Source of the DNA: Balanoglossus misakiensis
Taxonomy: Eukaryota > Animalia > Hemichordata
Direction: 5' to 3'
DNA: 64,000 nucleotides
Assembly (NCBI GenBank): GCA_040954595.2
Contig: CM082576.2
Coordinates: 12,589,129 to 12,653,128, forward strand
Every line of letters starts with the position of its first letter. The stretch's first letter is position 1. The position numbers were made by a program, and so were the translations under genes. Below the pieces are notes generated by a model. It had not been told where the DNA came from, did no database searches, and was given only the letters and a program-made list of their open reading frames with translations. Of the stretch, positions 26,201-38,880 are shown one piece after another.

Positions 26201-29200
26201 AGAATGCTTGAGTCTGTTTGCTTTGTCATGTGACTTGCCAAAATTAAATCTCAGGACAATTTAATCTCACCCTGTTTAATTTTTCCCACAGTTGTGAAGA
26301 AAACTGGACCGGTAGACTCTGTGACCAGTGCATTCCTGAGGAAGGATGTGGTAAGTTATGAACAATCCCCACTTCCATGGACAACAAAATTTGATGCTTT
26401 CCAGCTGTGTTTTCATTGTCATTTTCTCACTTTCAATTCCGACCACCCCTACCCACTGTATAGTTCCTGCTTTTATTTTTCTCTGAATGCCAAAGTAAGA
26501 AAGTGTTAAGGTTCCTGTATCAATTTACACAATGTACTTTTCCTTTGCAGCCAATGGCTACTGCATCACGGGGAATGATTGTCACTGTAACGACGACACG
26601 TGGGCTGGAGCATCCTGTGACATTGGTGAGATGATTCTCTCATTTTTCATTGCTCTGAATTTTTAGGTCCCATTTTGGTATGTACTGTATATATACCATG
26701 GGACCTTATTTTGACTTGTGGTATAATTCTATAACTGCAAGGTTCAGCTGTTACACTGCACAATCTTAAATGTTCATCAGCACTGCTATTAATTCATTTT
26801 CCTTTCAGATCTAAACTCTTGTCGCAGCAGTCCCTGCCAAAACGGTGCCACCTGCAACAACACTGGTCCAGACACGTACAGCTGTCAGTGTGCCGTGGGC
26901 TACATTGGTTTCAACTGTGATGTAGGTCAGTGTGTTTCCTGAATTGTTTTTTTTTTAAATTTAGTTTGAAATTTAGTAGCATGTTTGTTGTACCAAGTTA
27001 GTTGGAACTCATGCATCTGTTTTCTCTTGTATGTGGTAAAACGACAGCAAAGGAATTCATGTGTGCATTTTTGTATCGGTTTCAGATGTTAACGAGTGTG
27101 AAAGTTCACCTTGTTCCAATGGTGGTACGTGTCTTGATAAACAGGGATTCTATGAATGTGAATGCACTCCTGGTTTCGAGGGAGTTCACTGTGAAACTGG
27201 TAAGTCTATATGGTAATTCGCTGTTTTGATGTGTTGCAAGGTTCTTCATAGAACTATTTGAATTTGTGAGGATCAAGGAATATACCATGATCTGTTGTTT
27301 TTTCTCTCTGATGTGTTGTATTCTATTCTTCAAACTGAGAATAGCATCATCTCGTAAGACATTGTAGTAAATAAAAACTCTCAATGGAAGGGAAGATTTT
27401 ATTTTGAGTAGCTGATAGTAAGTTACACGACATCAAATGTCATTTTGATCTAAGTATCTAAATAATGTATCATATTCTTTGTTCTAAACTATTATGTACC
27501 ATGTTTTTTTCACTCTGCAGAAATCAATTACTGTTTTGTTGAAAACAAAGATGGCAGGCTGATTCCAACTGGAGTGTGTGGTAGTTACGGAACGTGTCTG
27601 AATACACCGACGGGATTCATCTGCGAGTGTCACGACGGTTTTACTGGAGATATTTGTGATATCAGTGAGTAGTGGCAGAGTGATTACCATTGCCCATCCT
27701 TCAAAGTGACTTCAAAATGAATATTGAAAAGTTTGATGAGAGTGATAAGCAAAAAATGTCACCAAAAGATATTAAAGACAAACCAATTTTGATGTAGTAC
27801 CTTACAATGAAGGCTTGATGACGTGGTGTTGAATTTGATTGGGTGTGCTTAATATGGAAGCACAGTCACTTGAACAGGTGTACCCAGGTTCAGTGGATGT
27901 CTCCATTTATATACATGCTGTATTTTCATTTGTACAGCCAACACATATCGTCACCCTACCTATCTCCTCAAACTCTGCATATACAGTCATTTTTTCAAGA
28001 GCTGGCCAAAACTTGAGTCACATTTTTTCACCGCCCTGAAAGTTTATTATTCCACTGGAAGTGAAGTATATACAATGCCATATCACCCATATATTATCTG
28101 TCTTGGTTTAGACATTGATGACTGTAATCATAATCGCTGCAAACACGGATCCAGGTGTGTTGATGGCGTTGACAGATACCACTGTGAGTGTCTTCTGGGA
28201 TATGAAGGTCATCATTGTGAAAGAGGTGAGAGGTCATGTCAATTGTCAGCATAATGCTTAATGCTGATTTATCTCAAATCATCAATCTTCCAGTCGTCTG
28301 GAATAAAGTTAAATTTAACTTCAAAGCTAGTTATGTATGCAGTAGGATGTTCAAATTGAAAACAAAACAAAACAAAACAGGAAACAATTTATTTTCTTGA
28401 TGAGTTATGTGATATTTTCATTCTCAGAAACTGATGAGTGTAGTTCAGAACCCTGCAAGAATGGTGGTACCTGTGTAGACGAGCTGGCAGACTTCTTCTG
28501 TGTCTGTGCAAAAGGCTGGGAAGGAAAGGACTGCAGTGTTGGTAAGTCTGGGTAATCCCGCTTAATCTAAAAACTTTAATGCTAGAGTTTATCATCTTGG
28601 AATTATGAATGTACATGTATGAGAGGGAACTGTGTGATGGCTCTTGGATGGCAAAACTGGGGATGAACTGTCTGTGTTTGAGGTTGTGGTCAGACTTTTA
28701 AAAACTGTTCTACCGTATTTTTATAGCTGCTCCAGAAGACTGCAGTGTAGACGGGAAAGGTGAATTGTCACATGGTTCCGAATGGGAGGAGGATTGCAAT
28801 GGATGCGTCTGCAACAACGGTGACACAACATGCAGCAAGGTAAGTTAGTTACAGCCAAACTGGTTCACTTTGAGTGTTTTGTATGTGATTGTGATTTGCT
28901 TGTCACCCCGTTTACGTCTCATTATTATGGCCTTAATATATTTTTGTATATCTCTGCCTTCCCTTAAAGACAAAGCAAGCAGTTCAAAGTGGCAAGAGCA
29001 CTTAGCTGGAAGCTGATACAATCAATCTACATAATCTCACTGCACGGTTATCATGTTTGTCTGATTGCAAGCCAGTAAATTTATGCCTGAGAGACTCTGT
29101 GAATCATTTTCAGACCTTATTCTGTGTTTTTGTCTTGCTAGATTTGGTGCGGTCCAGACAACTGCTTATCTTACAACGGCGACATGACTGAAGATAACGA

Positions 29201-31638
29201 CCAGACTCGTTACACCTGCCCGCCGGATGCTCCTTGCACGCGGCAACCAGACCATGAATGTCTGCTCGGACAGTGCGAACAATTTGGTGAATGCCGCAAT
29301 GAAAAGAAAGGTTCAATCCAAGACGCCCGGTGTGGTACATCGTCGTTCGAAGACAGAGCTGGTAGTTATGCCTGTACATATGTTGGGATGAGATTGGACT
29401 ATGACATTTTGCCAAAGGTAAGGCAGGGCTGCAATTTGTGCTATATTTGAATCATTTCCTGGACAGCACTTGGCCACTATTGGAAAAGCACTGTAAAATG
29501 TCTTTGTACGGTTAAAGAACAAACACTATACCCTGGAAGTCCTTACGAGAAGGAACGGAGATTTAGGGATATTTCTTGGTTTTTATTGCTGCCTGTTACT
29601 TTAGTTGTCGGTGCTGCAGGAGTCAAAAAGAACAAGGAATCTACACAGATCACTGTTCTTATTGACAGAATGTTTAGGAGCAAGCAAAGTCCTCATTGTT
29701 TATCAAGTTTCCACAACTTTCTTCACAGAATACAAGCGTTGAAGACGTATGCTACGAACTACGCAGAATCCGAGACCTTCGACCCCATGCGATGGCAGAT
29801 CAACTTGTGATCCTCTGTGATCGTGATACAGACAGTGGCCGGGATAATGTCATCTATGTCTCAACAGTAAGAAAGCATTAAAATTCATCTGTGGTCTGTA
29901 CTGTAAAAAAGCAATCTTTCTCAAGTTTTTGTGACGATGTAAAATCAACATGACAGTCATATTATGTGCATGTTTTATTTTTATTGATACAGTAAAAACT
30001 TTTTTAAAGTGAACCCTGTCATTTACATAAAACCACATGATAAATGAATTGTATAACTATAAACCAGACATGCACCTCTGTAAACTGAACACTATTCTCA
30101 GTTCCTTTGGTGACAGGTTGAGATAGGTTTTACTGAATATAATAACTAGAGTCTTGTTCACAGAATTTTATATGCTCAGAAACCAGATTTAAAATATGAC
30201 TTAAGTTCCAGCAGGAGTCTGACGTGATGCACCTATTTTTTTTTTTTGCAGGAAAGTGGTAGTGGACCAGAAGTAACAGCTGATGCAATGAACGAACTGA
30301 CCGGTTACATCTTGTCACTACCGGAGGAAAGCGACAACCTGATCCTGAAATCAATCTATGACATCTTCATACCAAAGAGCACCTCTGAACGGACACAGCA
30401 GTCAGGTTTGTAGTCGCCATAATTTCACGGACCAGGACACAAGCACAGAATTAGGATGGAGATGAAATTCACATAAAATCACATTTGATATCCCTCATGT
30501 AAATGTCACTTACCTTGCACTGTACTGTAGAAAAAGTTGAGGTAGATGAAATATGGTTGGATCTTTTCTGTCAGAACGTACCTGTTTTCATACAAACATG
30601 AGATATGATTGAATTTCTACTGCCTTTCGGGGGAATCCAGCCCTCTCCAATCACTCCTAATTACTTGACTTTTTGCAACTCTGACCTTACATTTTTCCCT
30701 TGTAGGTATAGGTATCTGGTTGCCAATCCTTCTAATTCTACTTGCCTTGCTGTGTCTGGCGGCCATCATCGTCTTCGCAGTCTGGTACCGTCGTCGCAAA
30801 CAGAAAAAGGAAAAACATGTCGACCATCCACTCTCAAGACTCACACTCAAGATGAGGGAAAATCCATTCTTTGAAGAAAAAGGTGAGTGGTCGCACAGCT
30901 GTGTTGGTTTATTTACATCTTCTGGATAAATGTTTCTGCATTGCGAGGAATATTTTATGTAGACTGTTCATACCTTTGCTAGACACAAATACCAGTCCAT
31001 GGTCCTATACAAAAATATAGGACAAATAAAATTTCATACTTCATACAAAGCAATGCCATGTGATGGGAATAATCCAGTTATATAGGATTTGCGGTCCACA
31101 TTTACCCCCTGGTGATCTATGTGACGTTTGGAAGTTTTTTCCAAGCTTTTAAATTAAATGTTTTATATGTTATGAAATATATTTCTCTACAGATGAAGTA
31201 GATTCATATGGTATGACAATGTACCCGGGGTATATACAAAATCATGAACAATGCAGTTCAGCTGATGCAGGTAGGTCTTGACTGATGATTATAAAAAAGA
31301 TTTTTAGTTCCCTTTGTTTATGTACATGTACAGCAGTGTTCTATTAGATACTAGTAATTCTTTATCATTTACATGCGAAACTGGGTGGACTGATTTTTTT
31401 TTACACTAAACTCACTTCTACATTTTTGATCAACGCTTTGCTTATCATTTGAACAGATTATGAACTCGATGTGATCAGTTTATCATCGCAGAGTGAGAAC
31501 GGATACCAACCTGCAAATCAAACTGACATGGCCGACGCAGATAATGATTACATGTCGATGGATAACAACGTACCAGTAGTTGCCATGACTGCAGAATCGC
31601 AACCCCTCAGACAAGATGGCGGACCTGACATGGTGTAA
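23214..31638 (+). CDS. Atypical Jagged/Serrate-like Notch-ligand family protein (SP-MNNL/C2-DSL-7xEGF-VWC/cys-rich-juxtamembrane-TM-ICD), ~858 aa
   Basis: 19 phase-consistent exons: 23214-23267, 23471-23758, 23989-24168, 25229-25367, 25781-25841, 26292-26350, 26551-26625, 26809-26925, 27086-27199, 27521-27664, 28112-28225, 28428-28541, 28727-28839, 29142-29417, 29729-29866, 30252-30405, 30706-30882, 31193-31270, 31457-31638 (TAA). Signal peptide [18 protein letters not shown]; MNNL ([12 protein letters not shown]...[12 protein letters not shown]...[12 protein letters not shown]); DSL ([16 protein letters not shown]...[10 protein letters not shown]); Jagged-type VWC ([28 protein letters not shown]); VEDVCYELR block; TM segment followed by RRRKQKK. 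Confidence 0.9.
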
Positions 31639-32594
31639 AGAAAATCTGATAGTCTACATATTGTGAAGCTGTTTGATTTTGTTTGTCATACACGTTTGTG
31701 ACATCTGTTGCACAGTTGTAAGTGAAGTTCTGACTGGTGCACAATAACTGTATCAGCGCGAGATTAGTTATATCGGCCTGTTTGCATAATTATAGATGCA
31801 GTTGAGCTCTTAGTAGTGAATAATGCACCTGTTTTTCATTGAGAAAACTGGACAGAACTTTTTTTCATATGCACGGCTGTGCAGATGTTGGTATTGGACA
31901 GTTTGGAATTGTGCAGTTCATCTGAAATGTGTTACATTTCATCTTTGATTTTATGGAACAGTACTTCTGATACTGGAAAGTACACCTGCACATCAGTAAA
32001 ACAAATCAAAACTACTATGCTTATTACTCTCAGGAACCTTTGACTATATGTGAAAAGCAAAGTGTGGGTTGTATATTTTTATTCACTCAAGAATGCTTTG
32101 CTTTCATGACCTTTCAAACAGTGCAATGTTACTCACAGGGAACCTGTGATATTTGATGTCGGAATAATTTGAAGACTCCTTTCTTTGGAACAAGATACTT
32201 TTTATTTATTTTCTCTATTTATAAAAATATTCACAAACACATTTCACATTGTCAAGAAACTTACTGGGTTAAAAACAAACACAAATTTTGTATATAGATT
32301 TGAAGTAACGAATTTATTGTAGTGAGAATTTTCCCAAAACGACTTTCTGCAGCTACGAAAGTAGACTGCCCATACTGATGCATGGTGCTAACAGTAAGAT
32401 GTGCCTCTTCAAATTTCATGAATGAGGCATTTACAAAGTGTAAATAAGTGTATTTTTCCCTCACTTTTCTAGTTATGATATTTTAAAAGACAGTATTGAG
32501 GAAAGTGAAACTTTCCAAGCACTTCTATGCAACAATCCAATGCAGTAATATTTAGACATAACATAGTATTCTGTACTTCACAATTTTTGTTTAC

Positions 32595-32600
32595 AATAAA
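32595..32600 (+). terminator. Candidate polyadenylation signal of the Jagged-like gene
   Basis: First AATAAA seen after the stop at 31638, followed by a U-rich tract at ~32615-32628. Confidence 0.5.
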
Positions 32601-32703
32601 TGTATTTTACCAAATTTCTTTCCTTTTGAATTTATACAAAATGCATTCAGCAAAACCATGCAGTAATGATAATGTTACATTGTCTACAAATCAGTAAACA
32701 TTT

Positions 32704-33724
32704 TCAGCTTTTTCCATATTTTTTGTCATCTGGGAGTTCTTGGGCACCGTCTTTCAGCAATTTCGCTTTATACTTCTCAAAGTCTCTTCGCTTTTCAAAA
32801 TATTTAACCTGAAATAGTGACAAAAATGGAACAAATTATTGATTCATGATGTTAGAAAATATAACAGATTGACAACCACTGACCATTCAAACTAAACAAA
32901 GGATACTACAGTATGAACACATGTGGCGCTGTTTACCATAACCTCTAACCCTAAATCAGAATCAGAATGCTTGATACAACAGCATTGAATGATAATATAA
33001 TAAAATGGCACTGGCCCACATAGGACCACTCTTGAATTAATTTTACTATCGTTCCCATCTGGATTCGAACGATAATGTTGATCTAAATGTTACCATACTT
33101 GCACATTTGGTTTGCCAAGTTGTTCCTTATCTTACTTCAGTTTCGGCGCCCAGTTGTTGATGTTGCGGTAAATTCAAAGAGGTTATATCGAGATTGATTA
33201 CAATACTAACAGTGGGGTATTACGGGTGTCGTAATCGTCTTACACTTCACATTGCTTGCTAAAGCAAGACTTTTATCTACGCGTGCTTTTACCACACACA
33301 GGGCTATTAAATAAAGTCAGGGTAGCGCCAATCAGTTGACTCGTTTTATTGTCTTATTTAAACAAACTGGCGAAGCATCCTACCGGGTAAGAAACCATTA
33401 ATCCTGTTTGTGTTTGCCGCAAAGCATATAAACTGTACAACAACTGTAGCAAAGTTGGAATCAACTTCACAAACCAATTACACAAGTGTGATAACATTTG
33501 GATCAACATTATCGTTCGAATCCAGATGGGAACGACAGTAAATTCAAAGACCGTGTGAGTGCATGTATACCTACCCATGTTCTTGAACAGCTACTTTCAA
33601 AAACTTTTCTAGTTTCCATGCACTTAGATTGATCTTCTTTGTTGCTAGTGAGACAAGTAAAGTAATCATCCCTTGAATCCCAACATTTTTTTCGACCTTC
33701 AGCACTTGGAGGTGATGACGGCAT
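32704..33724 (-). CDS. COA6: Cytochrome c oxidase assembly factor 6 homolog, 84 aa
   Basis: Exons 33724-33575 and 32808-32704 give MPSSPPSAEGRKKCWDSRDDYFTCLTSNKEDQSKCMETRKVFESSCSRTW|VKYFEKRRDFEKYKAKLLKDGAQELPDDKKYGKS*. CX9C-CX10C spacing and the RxxCWxxRDxYxxC and WVKYFxKRR motifs fit COA6. Confidence 0.9.
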
Positions 33725-33926
33725 TGCAAATGACTTCTCTGCAAGAACAGTACATACCGGTACATTCAGTTTAATATCAAACCCTCTTTCACCCTGAATC
33801 GAACCACAGAAGGCAGAATGGAATCACAGCAGTGAGTGGTTGAATAATTATTTTCCAAAATGACAGCTCATTAAAATAATAATAAAATAATAATAGTTTA
33901 TTCATATATAATATAGGTCATCGGCC

Positions 33927-33965
33927 AATGGGTGTGGACTGGACTTTGCTGGTGAAAGGGTTCAA
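33927..33965 (-). mobile_element. Truncated copy of the piggyBac-type MITE
   Basis: Reverse complement ttgaaccctttcaccagcaaagtccagtccacacccattg matches the first ~40 bp of the copy at 59521. Confidence 0.55.
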
Positions 33966-34496
33966 GGGAACACTGCGTGCATGCCTTTTAGGAAGACCCC
34001 AAATTATTACTGCAGCCAGGTAAAAGTTCTCAGTACTGTTTCAAAGACACAATGTCATGATAGGTGGTTTAAAAAGTAACTTTCGTGACAAATCATGTCT
34101 TTACTAGTTATGCGTTCCCCTCTACAATGACTACAAGTTAAAGTAAATGCTCGTCAAGTTTTGTTTTGTTTCATCATATTACCCGTACAATAAATCAGTG
34201 AGGTTTACTATCAGGGAGCAAGCATTATTGAATTTTGTGTGAGCATGAAATTAATGCTTCAGGAGCATCAACTAGTCTCCATAATATCTTGTTCTTTTCC
34301 ACAAATATTGCACAAGGTGATTAGCTTACATTTTTTTGTAACTATTTAACACTTTCAGAAATTGCCTGTTTTTTCACCATTGGGTGGTTAACATCTCCTC
34401 CCAAACTCCTCCAGCACCTCCCTGTGAAATAAAGTGGTTATTACCCAATCATGTAACTACGGACACTCTACACAGACCGTGATGTAACACAAACTG

Positions 34497-35130
34497 TGAC
34501 GTCACACCAGGTGTACGGGGCTGCATCGCGAATGGCTTGCATTATAAGCTTAGAGACCATCATTCAATATGGCAAACATGCGAAGGAAATTCGTAAAGAA
34601 TTGCACTTACAATTTTGTACGCTCCGTATGACAAACCAATTCAACATTGACCATTTAATGCGGCGGTCAGTTATTTCACAGATGCAACACCATGCCTTCC
34701 TGGATACAGGATACGCGTATTGAGCTTTTTTGCTTGCCTGAGGTAGAGCGGAAGTGCCCTGCAACACCTCTGTCGAAATTTCAAACTACGCTTTCCGGCA
34801 TAAAGTTCAAAGAGACATTGCTTTTATTATCATCAGTGTTCGCATTTGATAATAAATGAGCATATTTATAGTCACTAGAAATGACTTCAATTTTACTGAA
34901 ATGTGATTTCTGCCTAAACTCGCGGATTTCAAATCTGCGCATATATTTCTGTAATATGTTAATCGCCTTTGTAGTTCGGCAAACAGCAACATGGCGTAGA
35001 GCAATATACTTTGTATGGTATCAAGTCAGTGCAAATATTATCACATAATGGAATAATCGGGGGCAAGATTCGCAAGTGGTAGGGAAATTATAGATATTTG
35101 TACGTCGCTTGTTATTTAAGAGTGGTTGAG
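34497..35130. promoter_or_regulatory. Candidate bidirectional COA6/NAA30 promoter
   Basis: Head-to-head genes with ATGs 1.4 kb apart; CpG-rich; ETS CGGAAGT at 34749-34755; CRE TGACGTCA at 34497-34504. Confidence 0.5.
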
Positions 35131-37891
35131 ATGGCCGAGGTAGACGTAGCAAGGATTTCAGACAACGGCGACTCAATCTCGACTGAGCAGTTCAGCCTCA
35201 GATCCAGCGAAATCAATGGACCGGGAGCGGAACTTTCGAAGATCGGCCAGCCCGCCGCAGATGTCAAATCGAAATCCCTCAAACGGTGTGTTTCCGGAGA
35301 GGGCAACCCGGGAATCGGAGATGAGACGACCGAGAGCGACGGTAACATTCTCGTGAACGGTTGCATTTCTTGTGACACTCCCCAGCAGTGCGAACATGAT
35401 GTCAGCCAAGATGTAAATACGGATGAAGAGAAGGTTAATGTACATTACGTGGAGGAAGGGCACACTGAAAGTGCTCAAGGCGGGGAAAGCAGAGATGTTC
35501 ATGTAGAACATGAAGAGGAATTCCAACATAAATGCTGTGGACATCATCACGGAAACCCTCAACATACAGCTCACAGGACAACTCAACCAATTGAAGTTGA
35601 ACCAGAAACGCCAACCATGGATTTGGCAGAAGATAGTATGTCCCGCCTGAGCCTTGAAGCTTCCAGTAAATCTGACGCACTGGAGGCCAGGGATGTAAAT
35701 ACGGGCATTGCTTATGTTGGCTATGAATCAGAGAAACAAATGCCAGACATTATGAGGTTGATAACTAAAGACCTGTCAGAACCTTATTCAATATATACCT
35801 ATAGGTATTTTATACACAACTGGCCAGATTTGTGCTTCCTGGTAAGACTCTAATAAGAGTTTCATTGTGTTCTATTGATAAAGAGTGTAAACAACTGGAG
35901 ATTGATGCGACCACAAGGCAGCAAAAACATTGCTGGGATAAATAGCTGAACGCCTTGTCAGACAGTAGGCCCTCAGTCATCTCTCCAATGAAAACAAAGT
36001 GAAAGTCAATCTTAATTCAGAAACGGATTGTCACACGTAATTCTGGATCACAGTCATTCCATGTGACCGTGCCATGCTTTGATGGTGACACAGCATAATT
36101 ACAGAATCAGTGTCATACACAGTCAGACTCATAGCTGTGGGAATGTGGCTATGGTACGCAGCTGTACTGTTGGGGGGGGGGGGGCTTGATTACCCCCATG
36201 GTACAGCTGCGTACCCCTTCCCCCCAACGGTACAGCTGCATACCACAGCTAGTGGAAATGCAGCTGTACCGTGTGGGTGATATACATATACATATCACCC
36301 CCCCCCCCCACACACACACACACAGTTCAGCTGCGTCCCCACAACTATCAGACTCGTACAGTACATGTAGTTGTACAATGGGTTAGAGGCCAGTGACATT
36401 TCAATAGGGTCAGCTGTGTGGGACAGAGATTCTGAAATTATGGTCTGGGTGGTGGTGGTGGTGGTTAATCAGGAAGATTACATTTTCTAAAGTTCAGTTC
36501 TTGTTTGCTGCATCCTTACAGAGATATTTCTCTCTGCCGCAGGCTTTTCACATACAGGCCGGAGAGGAATTAGATGGTTAAATGAATCTTTTAACCTGTC
36601 GCCCTGTGTATTTGGGTCCACCTGTGCAAATTAAACCCAGCGGAGTTTGACAAGTCTGTGATAATGGGATGGTGACAAAAATGTTAAGACATGGACAATC
36701 CATCTGCCCTTCTAAAAGTTAGCTGAGACGACAGGTGGGAATTGGCCCCAGCTTGAAACCTGCGCAAGAATTCTCTCAGCAAGATAAACACAGAAACATT
36801 GTGGTGATACATATGGGAATACATACAGGCATCATGTTCTTCGTGTGAAGCCAAGTTATTTCATGAATTAATTGCCCAAGTTGGGGAATTTTGGTGACAG
36901 GCTTGATGCGACTAATTCCTGATGTGACTATTATTTTTCTTACAGGCCATGGATAAAGAGAAGTGTGTGGGTGCTATAGTATGTAAATTAGATGTCCATA
37001 AGAAGATGGCTAAGAGAGGGTATATAGCAATGTTGGCAGTGGATGAGAATTATAGACGAAAACAAATAGGTATGGTACCTGCTTTAATGAGTGTTCAAAC
37101 TGGAAATTACTGTTCCTTGTTGGGAAATGAAGGAATCACAAAATAATTTTTGACGTTCTTAATATCTGTATAATTCATGCAAAAGTTGTGTTATCTCTTG
37201 AGGTGGTAAATGGTGAAAATTACCTCGTATATCAAATATGCAATATCTGAGAAAGTTCCATACATGTAAGACTGCCTTGAGGAAGGTATTTTTTCCAGTA
37301 TCTGATTAAAAACAACGATTTTCTTCTGAGTAAAGTCTTGTATACATTTCTCTGAGTGTAGACACAAAGATGCAGACTTTTTCCTACTGTGAAAACTGCC
37401 ATTCAGCCAAGATTATTAGGAGGCCGAATGATTTTAGAGAATGGGGATATTATTAATGCCTGGTAGATATCCAACCTACGTGTAGTGTAATGATTGACAC
37501 TGTATTTGATTATGTCTTGCAGGATCTAGTTTAGTGAGACAGGCTATTTATGCTATGGTTCATGGCAATTGTGATGAGGTGAGTAATTACCTACCAGTAC
37601 TTTTGAATATGGTGGGTTTTACTCTGAATTTCTCTCAATTACTTCATTTCACACCCATCTTCCAAGATGTACAATATCACTGGCAAATAGTGAGGGTGAA
37701 CCTTTAATAGTAGATTGAACGTGTGCACTAAAATTCTTTTCTTTTTCTATCAGGTTGTCCTGGAAACAGAAATCACCAACAAAGCTGCTCTGCGGTTGTA
37801 CGAGAATCTTGGTTTTGTGCGAGACAAGAGACTGTTCCGCTATTACCTGAACGGGGTTGACGCGCTGCGACTCAAACTCTGGCTTCGATAA
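35131..37891 (+). CDS. NAA30: N-alpha-acetyltransferase 30 (NatC catalytic subunit, Mak3), 342 aa
   Basis: Exons 35131-35841, 36946-37069, 37523-37578, 37754-37891. Motifs [109 protein letters not shown]. Long low-complexity N-terminus as in metazoan NAA30. Confidence 0.97.
36146..36251. repeat. Inverted repeat (fold-back) in NAA30 intron 1
   Basis: 31-bp arms at 36146-36176 and 36221-36251, 27/31 complementary; built from a GGTACAGCTGCRTACC-like unit. Confidence 0.7.
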
Positions 37892-38405
37892 GGAAAGCTC
37901 TTCAGCCCATGGCTGTCTAGCTTTCTCTGTAGGCAACGCATCATTCTTTGTGTAGAGATGGTAGAAAGCATTAGAAACCAATCCATGAAATTTCTATTTA
38001 ATGAACGTACAACAGAAGAAGGGACTCACGCCAATGATGCCAGTGATAATCTACGAGTGTTCCTTAAACTATCATTCTCCACATTTAGACCCCAGAAGAC
38101 ATGAAACTATAATTTATGAATTAGGACACAATGTGAGACACAGCTTTTTGGGCAAAAACAAGTGAGAAATATTATCTTTGCTGCTAATGTATAAATTTTT
38201 TGATCACATTTGTTAATGCAGAGGAGCTCACTGTGACAATTTTTTTTCACTGTATAATTAAATGAAATTGACGAAATTTAATAGTGATATGAAAAATTTA
38301 CGGAAATCTGTTAATTATTTTGTAGTTCTCCCTCATTCACATTTGACTGAGTTTGTGACAGTCTACTCTTTTTTTAAATATCATCATTGGAATGTTTTAA
38401 TGGGA

Positions 38406-38411
38406 AATAAA
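38406..38411 (+). terminator. Candidate NAA30 polyadenylation signal
   Basis: AATAAA about 515 nt after the stop, followed by GT-rich sequence. Confidence 0.45.
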
Positions 38412-38880
38412 AAAAAATGTGATTCAAACTTGGGTGTTGTAGAGTGTTATTTGTAATCTCCAGGGAATAGAGTCCAGAGTGTGCGTCAGACCTGTAATTC
38501 ATTTCCTGGTTCGTTTGACAGAGACAGTGTGTAAGAAAAAAATAGTGTGGAGTTTAGTACTGGTATTTTGAGACCTGGATTAGTGATTGACAGGATTCAT
38601 CATGGGTGTATGGTATTTTTAGAGAGAGAGCATCTAGAAATTCGTTCAGATTTCCAAAGTTTGGGAGAATGACATGTGATGTAAATGTGTTGTAATGCAT
38701 GGCCCACAGCAAATGTATGAGTGTCATATTGGAGCCATCGTCAGGTTATTCCCAACTGATATCTCATCACACCATTTGCAGTAGCTCTCCAGGTGTTCTT
38801 TAGGTAACCCAGTTCATGCAATATAGCTAAGAAGCTGTACCTATCACTCCTCTCAATTGTAAAAAAAATGTTCAATTCAA

